Below are positions 51,573-61,087 of a stretch of 64,000 nt of DNA, piece by piece. Each line of letters begins with the position of its first letter. Position 1 is the first letter of the stretch. The DNA is from Azolla caroliniana (taxonomy: Eukaryota > Plantae > Polypodiophyta), in assembly GCA_043228905.1 (NCBI GenBank), contig JBHGNT010000006.1, positions 2,542,001 to 2,606,000 on the forward strand, read 5' to 3'. The position numbers and the translations under genes were made by a program. Under the pieces are notes generated by a model, which was given only the letters and a program-made list of their open reading frames with translations, was not told where the DNA came from and searched no databases.

Positions 51573-54500
51573 AGAGACATATTCGTAAATATGTTTCTGA
51601 GAGTCCATCATGGCTATATTTGTAAATAGCCGAAAAGTCATATTAGTATAAATATGACTTAGGGCAAACTTTTTTCTGTTGTTGTAATTCTTGTCTACGT
51701 GAGATCGGAGCGCGTAACTGTGTACAGAGAGAGAGAGAGAGAGAAAGAGGTCGTTGCCTCAGTTGTAACCAGCGCCTATGGCGAAGATCGTGAGCACGAG
51801 GTCGTTGCCTCCGTGAACTCACTGTTGTACATTCAAACATAGTGATAGTTTGCAACCTGTGGGCTACCGTGGTTTTTTCCCTAGTTTGGGGTTTTCCACG
51901 TAAACATCCTATGTACACTACTCTTCTTTGTGTCGTGCATTCTTTATTTTCCGTTTTCTGTGTATGATTCTAAGCTCGGTTGTGGCCGAGCGTTGCGTAT
52001 AAGGAGCGTGCGGTTCCGTCAAAGTTGAGCTTGAGGGGGAGTGTTGAGCGGCAAGCTCAACTGGAGCCGGATCGACTGAATAAGCCTAAGCCGGCAAGCA
52101 AGACGGATCGGTAAGCCGTGAGCAACCGAGCCGGCAAGCAACAGAGCCGGTGAGCTGGGGAGCTGGTTAGCCGGATCCAATCGGTAACCGGAAGCCTAGT
52201 ATATGTTTAGACTACTAGGCAATTATAGTCTCGTAGTAAGTGTCAGAAGCTCGTGTGAGCATTGAAGTACGTGGTACTTCTATCAGTCCCACGAGGACTT
52301 GTATAAATAGTGCTACTGAGCACAGTTGTATGTGACAGCGTGATTATATCATTTTTGAATATGTGACAGTGTGATGCTCGTGCGAAGGTAGCTTGGTCGA
52401 CACTTACAACACAATTTCTTGATGTTGGGTTACGGTTGGTAGGTCCAGACAATCAATGTAAGGCTCTTCTGGCAAAAATTGTTGTTAAGCCTATGTTGCT
52501 TGCTCAAGATATATCGTTTGAGTTGCTTTTACACCGATTGGTTGATATTAAACCATTTACTAGTGGTTTTTGGAAACCATCTCTAAGATGGGCATTCTTG
52601 TCAAATTTTAAGATGAGACATATACATAGTTCGAAAGATGGTTTTATGGTTGACATTTGTAAAGTGTGGGATGTTAAGTTTTTTCTGATTCTTTGATGCC
52701 CATCTTCGAATGAAGAACTTTTGCGGCAACCTTTGATTTGGAATTTCATTTTTTCTAATGAGAGGGGTGTATTGCTTGGAAGTTGACCATGATTACAATG
52801 GGTTGAGTTGGATAATGGTATATCTACCACAGTAGCCTCTTGGGGAAATTATGTTTGTCATCTTAATAATTCTCAGCTTGATGCTACCAGGTGTAGGGGT
52901 TTTAGAGCTATGTTTGATGCAATTCAGTTATCTTTAGGGAATTTTCTCTCTAATTGGTCACCTTCTTTTGTGCATGTTTGGTTTGGATATTTTACTCCGA
53001 TTGGTGTTATGATAGGAGTAAAAGGAACAACGTCTCAAGCAAACTGTTACTATTTTGATGTATATGAGGAAGGAAGATTATGGCAAACCGATGTGGAATC
53101 GTCAATTTGGCAAACGACATTACAACATCCGGTGAGAGTGATTGGTAAATTTGGTAAAAGGTGGATTTTAGATCCTTCTCCTTCTAATAGTATGTTATTT
53201 TGCCAACTATGCATATTTAAAAAAAAGTTGTTGTTGGACTTGCACTGGGATCCATTAGATTATCTTTGGAAACATACAAATCCTTCATCTCATACTAAAT
53301 TTTTTAGTTTTTTCAATATTTTGTGAAGTTGGGACGAAAGTTGCTCTTAAGTAGGAAATTGCATCCGCCATTTGCTATGAAAGTGTGGTTGGCGAATGGG
53401 GCCTCTTTAATGGATGCATCTAAATATTGGAAGTGGTTATGGAGTATGCAACAGATTCCCAGGAAGATTGTACTTTTTCATTGGTTATTGATCCATTATG
53501 CACTACCGGTTCGGCCTTGGTTACGGGTACTGAAATAGTAAGTCGTGTGGATTTGGTTGTGGAAGTATGATGGAATCAATTAAGCAAGTATGGAAGAGAG
53601 TATTGTTTATATTGATACATGCTAATTGTGGTCTTGTCCTAAAATTATGGTCTTGTATTGTGGTCTTATCCTAAAATTATGCAAGTATGGAAGAGAGTAT
53701 TAAGGTTGTTGATATTGACAGATGTTAATTGTGTGATCACGCAAGGTGCGGTTAGGTGGGGCATTCTAGAGGGACAAATGTTGTTATATGAAAAGGAGGA
53801 TATAGTGGAAGTCTTTCACATAGTTCCTCCACATATACAAATGGTTCAACCTTTTCTAATTGATAGTTTGCAATTTAGGGATGATATTATTTGGAAGACA
53901 ATTTCATCTATTCTGATGTGGGTAATTTGGAAGGCGCGATGTACATTAGTTTTTTACAACGTCACTCATGATGTTTCTGTTATAAATGTTGAATTTTGGT
54001 TGTTACTTATTCACACATTATGTGGTTAGTACAAAAGTTTTACAGGCAATGTTGATGCCATTTTCAGGAAGCAAATGCATTTTAAAATGTTATGGGATTC
54101 AATGCTCATTTTTAGGGAAGATGGAGATCACATAATATGGATGTATTTTCCTGTCATTTTGGGAAACAATGTCTACTGACTTTGTTTATGGACTCTATTG
54201 CTACATATGTTGGTGGTATAGGTTACATTACATGTTTAGTTGCAGTTTGGAAGGAATAGACCATAAAAATCTAGGAGATATGGTGTACACAAATCAAATC
54301 GGCTATGATGTGAGCACAATGGAGTCGGTTGGTATACTCCTTTATCCAACACAACTTTTGTATTTCTTATGATTTTATAATACCAAGGGGTATCTCTTTA
54401 GAGGAAACAAAAAAAAACTTCTTTCTTAGTAATTGCCAATAGTCACTTTGTACCGTCTAGTTCATACAAGAAGTATAGACCATTATCATGAACAACTTAC

Positions 54501-54585
54501 AACATTATTACGAGAAAATGCATTGTTTCCAACGAGTATAGACTAGAACTATCAGAATTCCGACAAATGTTGGGAATAACGGTTG

Positions 54586-54815
54586 AGAAATACTTGTAGT
54601 GGATAATCCAATTTTCTTGTAATACACAATTTTGTTGATATTTCTAGCATCTTCGTAAAAGTGTTGTAAATACTGGATCCGTTTTACTAAAGTATTAGAA
54701 ATACTTGGAGTGCATAATACCACTTTTCTTGTAATACACCGAAATGTTGGTATTTCTAGCAACTTCGTGAAAGTGTTGTAAATACTGGACCATGCAAAAG
54801 TGCTAGAAATACGAG
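54586..54815. repeat. ~111-bp degenerate tandem repeat (about 2 units)
   Basis: AGAAATACTTG...TTTTCTTGTAATACAC...TATTTCTAGCA.CTTCGT.AAAGTGTTGTAAATACTGGA occurs at ~54586 and ~54697. Confidence 0.8.
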
Positions 54816-55404
54816 TATCATGCCAAATGTCACTATTTCTGGCACTTTTACCTAGTTGGAATTTCCTTCACGTCCACATTACTACCCAAGTTAATAGCAC
54901 TACTAAACAAATGTTGAAAATAGTGGCAATAATGGAATGATAATAATATCAACAACATTAAATTGGAAAATCACATCTTGATGCTGGAAAGTTATGATTC
55001 TTAGTTCCCCAAGGTGGATAAGTGACATTCCAACGATGAATTGAATCTCTCTACATATGACATGGGTCAAAGCCTACCCATCCATTGAAAGGAACTCTGA
55101 TTTTGACAAGTCATGCTAAGAATTGTCTACATCAAAGCATAAAAATATGGCATTGGTTTCCCTATCCACAAAGAATTTGCATGATGGAAGATTAGCCTCT
55201 AGACCCTCTAATTGTTGGGAGTAAATAACCCGAACATCCATGAGGGGGAGCCTCAAGTTACTCATTATCTAGTTCAACGACCACAACCATAGTATGACAA
55301 GCAATGATGTAGGACTATAAGCATAGACCTTGTTGCGAGGAACATCAATCCATTAGATCATGAGTGAAAAGAGAACAATGCAAAACAAGCGTAAATTGTA
55401 TTCT

Positions 55405-55690
55405 AGTTGAAATGGACATTAGAAAAGATACTACAATAATCATAGCTTATATGGTAAGAGCTAGCTATCTTTAATAAAATGGTAAAAGTTTCAAAACTTG
55501 TTAAAGGTGAGCCAAAGGAAAAGATGGGCTACAATGCATGAGTGACAATCAAGTTGAAATGGACATTAGAAGAGATACTTCAATAATCATAGCTTAAATG
55601 GTAAGAGCTAGTTGTCTTTAATAAAATGGTAAAAGTTTCAAAACTTGTTAAAGGTGCGCCAAAGGAAAAGATGGGCTACACAATCAAGAA
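55405..55690. repeat. 147-bp tandem duplication
   Basis: AGTTGAAATGGACATTAGAA...AAAGATGGGCTACA occurs at 55405 and 55552. Confidence 0.9.
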
Positions 55691-56373
55691 ATGTGTATGA
55701 ACAAGATATTACACTTTCGTTGGTTGATGATTCATTATGCGTTGCCAGTAGGTGATTTGATGAGGGGATCTATAACTGATCGGTCATGCATTATGTGTGG
55801 TTATGCAAGTGAGTCATTGCATCATGTATTTTGGGAATGTGTTGTCGCAAAAAAGTTTTGGTTTAGAATTCTTAGGCTACTAGGTCATAAGTATAGGTCA
55901 GGGATTTTTACGTGGGGTGCAGTTTTATGGGGAAGGTTAGATCAACAAATGACTTTCTATCATCAGCATTATTCTTCTTTGTCATTACGTGTCACAAGTT
56001 TGCAGGTAGACTATGGTTCAACCTCCTTGCAGGGAATCAAGTTTTCTCCGGAAGTTATGTCTGGCAAATTGTCTTCTCTTTGGCTTTATGGATTCTTTGG
56101 AAAGCTAAGTGCTCTAAGTCATACAATGATGAAAACACTCACATCGTGGATCAAGTTAAGTCCTTTTGGAACTTGTTAGTACATACAGTTAAAGGTGAAT
56201 ATGATAGTTATAAGGGTTCTGGACATACAACTAATAAGAAAAGAATGAGAATTCGTAAAGTTTGGTCATCTATACCTATTATGTTGAATGAAGCCGCAGA
56301 TGTCAAGTGGAACTATGTACCGCCTCGATGGTTATTCCCGCCACTGGCACCATCTTTAGTACAAATACCATGA
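55691..56373 (+). mobile_element. 3' fragment of another L1-type LINE (zf-RVT)
   Basis: KILHFRWLMIHYALPVG..CIMCGYASESLHHVFWEC and LWILWKAKC...VKWNYVPPRWLFP, with one frameshift. Confidence 0.85.
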
Positions 56374-56389
56374 TATAATATAGATGACC

Positions 56390-57830
56390 GTTTATCTTTT
56401 TGTCAGGATAATTGATGTTGATGAAAATCAAGGACATAGCAAGCCAAAATTTGGTGCCGGTTAGCGATATGGCAAGATGGTTGTTGTGGATGTAAGAAGC
56501 AATTTTCTTATGAGCGATAAGGAAGAGTGTAGATGGTGTGGGGGTTAATGAAGCATGTTATCATGAGTTGGTGAGGGATTTTTTTTACATTAATTTGTTT
56601 GTGGTCTATATGGCAGGATGCTTGATGGAAGGAAATCAAGGACATGTCAAGACAAAATTTGGTGCCAATTAGCAAGAAGGCGAGATGGTTGTCATGGATG
56701 ATGCTTGATGGAATTTGGTGTCATGGGATGGAGTGAAGAAGAGTTTAGGTTTCATATTAGGGAGTGCAACAAACAGGATAATCTTCTAGTTGTTGTCATG
56801 TAGTTATTGTCTTATATAGCTTATTAATGATGAGAGGATGAGTGGCGAGGGTGTGGGTGTGGGGGTTGAAGCAAATATATGAGGGGATGAGGAAACTTTA
56901 TATTTTATATGTGTAGTCATGGAAGTTTTTATAGTTGGTAAGGATGAATGATGGTGTTGACGGGGGATTGAAGCGCATGTTTAGGAGGGGATACACACAA
57001 TACATTTATGCTATTGTTGTTTATACAGGTTTTAGGAGCTGAATGAATAGATGGGTGACGTAGAAATGAAGCATATTGTTGATGTGCAAAATGAAGAGAT
57101 TAGGAGGAGTATCACGACAGGTTCAAAATGGTATAAATTGAGATAGGTGATGTGGTATTGAAGCAATTTGTCTAGTTTTTAGAGATGTGAGAATGGTGGT
57201 GGTATGGGCTGAAGCAAGGTTTGATGTGGGGGCATGTTTTAATTTCATGGTGATGATTGAGGATGGCGGTAAGAATTGAAGCATGTGTCCCATTTTGTTG
57301 TTGTTTGTTTGACAGGACCTTGATGGTAATCGGTTAATAGGTGAGATGTTGGATGGGACTGAATGAAGCAGTTTTTTCTGTGATAAGGATGAGTGAAGAC
57401 GGTGGGGGGGTCGAAGCCGATTATGATGAGTGGGTGAGGAAACTTGTAAACTGTTTTTGTGTTGTTAATACAGGTTTTGCGTGGACATTGGCAAGATGCT
57501 AATCGACGAGTTGGCTGATGTGGACTGAAGGAAGAATTTTTATGAGATAAGGATGAGTGAAGATGGTGGTGGGGTCGAAGTTGAATAGCATGAGTGGGTG
57601 AGGAAATTTTTATAGGGAGTTCTGTTGATTATGCAGGATTTTAGTGGACTTTGGCAAGATGCTGCAACATGCTAATCGCCGAGATGGTTGAAGTGGACTG
57701 CATGAAGCATTTTTCTTGTTATGAGGATGAGTGAAGATGGTGGTGCCGTCAAAGCATACTATAGAGAGTGGGTGAAGAAAACTTTAGATTAACTGTTTGT
57801 GTTAATACAGAATGTTTATGGACAGTGCCA
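56390..57830 (+). repeat. Degenerate G/A-rich satellite with a ~165-175 bp period
   Basis: GATAAGGATGAGTGAAGA(C/T)GGTGG...GAGTGGGTGAGGAAA...TAATACAG recurs at 57382, 57546 and ~57720. More diverged units lie upstream. Confidence 0.75.
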
Positions 57831-58559
57831 ACTTATCAAACAATTATGTGGGTTAAAAAAAGACAAAGGCTTCACACGCTTATAACACTGGACAATGGAA
57901 GTATGCAAGCCACAATCTTTAAACCAGGGGGACATATAGTTTGCATTCAGTATGGAGGCCTTGACAATCTTCTCGAGGCATCAAACAAAGATAAAATCAG
58001 AGGGTATTGGGATCTTGAATGGAACATCCCTTGAGGACTCTTGATCACCCGGAACGGGTGAAAGAAGATGGCCATTTACAGCCTGCAACATGTTATGGAG
58101 ATTGAAGGTTCTTGATTGCATAACAAAAGGGTAGAGATTGCATTTTACCTCGTTTGGTAGACCTTTGTGGAAGCTTTTTATAGAACAATTTTCAAATTGA
58201 TTGTTTACTTTACTCTTATTCTGGAGTCAAAACTTTTCATCAAAAGTTTTGTTTTTTCAACCAGCATCTTATAAAGATGTTTTGGGGAAAGTTTTGTATA
58301 TTGTTATGACTTTTCTAAATACTAATGGAAGTATACTTTCTTTTGAAAATCAAGAAATGTGTAGAAAAAAGTAGAAGTTAACCCCCCATGCCAATAAACA
58401 AAATTTGAATAATTCAACATACATTCTATTAAAGCCTCTAAAACCAACAAAACAAGAAGACCACCAAAGACTCACTACACAAAGGGATTGAAAAAGATGG
58501 TGATAAGCAAAGGGATTGACAAAATAAAGTTGCAAAAGCTTTTATGAATGCAAGCAAGA

Positions 58560-58790
58560 GTCATGAGCAAACTCTTTAAACTCAAGGGCTAAGTAGTGAG
58601 TGGTGTGTGTGAAGCATGTCAAGTTGGGAAACACCATTCCAAAGGAGTAAAAATGTGTGAGATGTATACACAATCTAATATGCTAGAATGTGTGGGGTCA
58701 CGCCAAAATGTCTACTTCAGAGGACGTAAGTACTTTATGACCTTCATCAACAAACATTTTATTCACATCTAGGTACACCCAATGTGAGTG
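58560..58790 (+). mobile_element. Degenerate Copia GAG-pre-integrase/integrase fragment
   Basis: VCEACQVGKH and VWGHAKMS...GRKYFMTFI remnants. Confidence 0.65.
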
Positions 58791-59758
58791 AGGTCAATTG
58801 AAATGTTCCCCAATTTTGAAAGTTCATGGGCCTCATGCAGAAAGTATCAACAAAGAGTCCATTCCTCTTCTTGGGAAACCAACAAATACAAAATCTCCGT
58901 AGAACATCCACGAGCATACCAATTCAACAAGTGAACATCAAGAGGACATCTCTTGGTAACCAATAACAATGCCAACATCAAATATTACATCGTCGCCAGA
59001 GTGGAATAATCACATAGTCATGAAGTTTGCTTTAAACTCGTAATTAAATGAATTGATTTAATCACGCATTGCATGGTTTTTTCCCCATATAATTAGGTGT
59101 CCATAATAGTTTTAAGTATTTTATTGGCCAAGCCTTACAATATATCTCATGTTCACATGCTCCAAAACCCCTCTTCATGGCCCAAGATGTATACCCCAAC
59201 TATATTCAATTGTGTACATGGAGCCTAATATATCTAAAATATTGTGGTGTTAATGACACTTGTTTGTGGTTGAAGAATTTTACAATTATAATTATTAGCA
59301 TGTCCATAAATATTCTAGAAGTATAGGAATGGAGTATATAATGGATTTTGTATAAACTTGGTGTATTGATTCCATTCTATTGAACAAATGTACAATGATA
59401 CAACAAGTAATTGCCAATGGTGTCTTTCCAATGAGACATAACGTCTCTTAAGGTGTCTCTTTAGATCAGGTGCCATATCTTTTGACTTTTATAATTATTT
59501 ATTATTGTTTGTTTTAACAAATGACACTCGAATTATTATATTTATCGAACTGGGCTGTTTTTGTGCGAGGTGGTGATTCCAAATGCATGGATTGTGTAAG
59601 ATGGCCCATTTTACATTGCCAAGTATTCAAAAGAATCCCATCATGATTATGACATTGGCATGCAGTAATATTTTGCTTATAATTGCCAACTTGGACGACA
59701 AAATATCCTACTAAGATTAATTATCTTAAAATTTGTTACTTAGTTATGAGGAACTAAG

Positions 59759-61087
59759 TGTAGAATTCGGCAACTATACAAATAGAGAATTATTGCTAGA
59801 GAGATCAAAGATACACAAAATTCTTCTATATTCGTTGTAATGTGTTACATAGCCAAATGGCTTATTTGTAGAGATGAGGGCTCAAAAGGTTATAACTCTT
59901 CAATGAAGAGTTGTCTCTTTTACATAAAGAGTTTTATAATAAATAACTCTTCGTAAATAATTAGTTGTTTCTAATTGATAAAAATAAACAAATATACTAT
60001 TTAGATTAAATATTTCCACACACCCCTTAAGCTAAATATTCTTTTATTCAAAAGTATTGTCTTTTGAAGAACAATTTGGCATTGTTAGACCAATCTTTCG
60101 GCAACAAGCGATATGCTTTGTTTGAGGTACTGCCTTTGTTAGCAAATAGGCTCACATACGTGTTGTAGGCGCATACGTCAAATTTAGCTTCTTCTCTTCC
60201 ATTAAATCTCATAGGAAGTGATGCTTGAAAGAGACATGTCGAATGTTATCACTTCTCTTCGGATTGTAACCTAGCTTTATACATGATTGATTATCATAAT
60301 GAACAAGTTAAGCTCTGTAAGTATAGAATGAATCTATATTCCTTATTTAGCAGTAAGTGTGGCAATTACATATTCGGCTTTGATTCAAGATAATGCAACC
60401 GTTGTTTGCTTCCTAGATCTCTATGCTATAGCAAATCTAGCAAGACCATATATGAAGCCACTTGTTGACTTACGACCATCAATATCTCCCCCCCAATCGG
60501 AGTCCGTCCATCCACATAATTGTGATGGATTGGTCCATGCTTTCAGGTTCATGTTGATGGACTCTAATTACGATCTAGAGTACTAAGTTAACACCATATC
60601 TTTTGTTCATTTTAAGCAATGTAGTAGTCGTTTTAATGCTTGCGAATGTTTCGGTCCATTTGGGAGCAAATGACGAATCACAGCTTGGTTATAATGGAAC
60701 TCGATGATGATTCCATTCGAATTTGCTTGACTTATTGAGAGGAGGTTCTTGGTGATGTCAAGCACGTGGTACATATCATCGATAGTGAAATGTCTTCCTC
60801 TGGGGAGATGAAATGTAAGTTGGCCTTTACATAATTCTTGCTTTACCCCATTATTTCCAAATCTAACAGTTATTGGATTTTGTAGGGGTGTGTACCTTTG
60901 AAGCCAATCTTATCGATGTGTGAGATAATTCATTGCTCCGGTGTCAAGATCCCATTCGTCATCCTTCTTTGTTGGTATATCCGAGAGAAGTGCTCCAACC
61001 ACAAAAGCTTGCATCAAGTCGTTGTCGCCTACTTCTTCATATTCGTCATTTTCTTCCATCGATGCGGCATAAACCTGTTGGAGACAA
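59759..61087 (-). mobile_element. Old internally deleted Copia element D (3' LTR ~59759-60020, RNase H and protease remnants), host of Copia-C
   Basis: The minus strand reads WDLDTGAMNY, then YHVLDITKNLLSISQ joined directly to GPKHSQALKRLL, then DWGGDIDGRKSTSGF. A PPT-like TTAAGGGGTG precedes TGTGGAAA, and the far LTR end is TGTAGAA. Confidence 0.72.

Larger units (their letters stand above)
46303..52021 (+). mobile_element. Ty1/Copia element B (LTRs 46303-47265 and 51293-52021), TSD AAGTT; gag-pol pseudogene 47295-51282
   Basis: TSD AAGTT at 46298-46302 and 52022-52026. PBS TGGTATCAGAGC at 47268, PPT GAAGGGGGAG before 51293. Motifs CFYCGKPGHFPKNC, WVVDSGASFH, RADNGGEY, LYVDDML, RTKHIQRRYHWIR. 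Several stops and frameshifts. Confidence 0.96.
39056..52362 (+). mobile_element. Ty1/Copia element A (5' LTR 39056-39469; 3' LTR 52042-52362, truncated); gag-pol pseudogene from 39563
   Basis: TG..CA LTR, Met-i PBS TGGTATCAGAGC at 39470, CCHC (CRYCGKKGHKESEC), protease WYVDSGAS, integrase, RT (YKARLVAKG, QMDVKNAFL, YADD), RNase H, PPT TTGAGGGGGAG at 52031-52041. Contains stops and frameshifts. Confidence 0.95.
36277..54415 (+). mobile_element. Originally full-length L1-type LINE (ORF1, APE endonuclease, zf-RVT, poly-A), split by nested LTR elements; RT domain deleted
   Basis: ORF1 remnants 36331-37800 include the zinc knuckle QCYMRKEIGHLAKFC. ORF2 has LLSWNVQGL, IQEHHL, GDFNM and SRIDRF at 37887-39055, and resumes at ~52370 (DARAKVAW...IWKARC). 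Poly-A at 54405-54417. 17-bp TSD AACTT(G/C)TTTCTTAGTAA at 36260-36276 and 54416-54432. Confidence 0.88.

Noticed and set aside
39326-51641. Numerous antisense and alternate-frame ORFs inside the Copia elements
   Set aside because: These are expected shadow ORFs of GC-rich retrotransposon coding sequence and carry no independent motifs.
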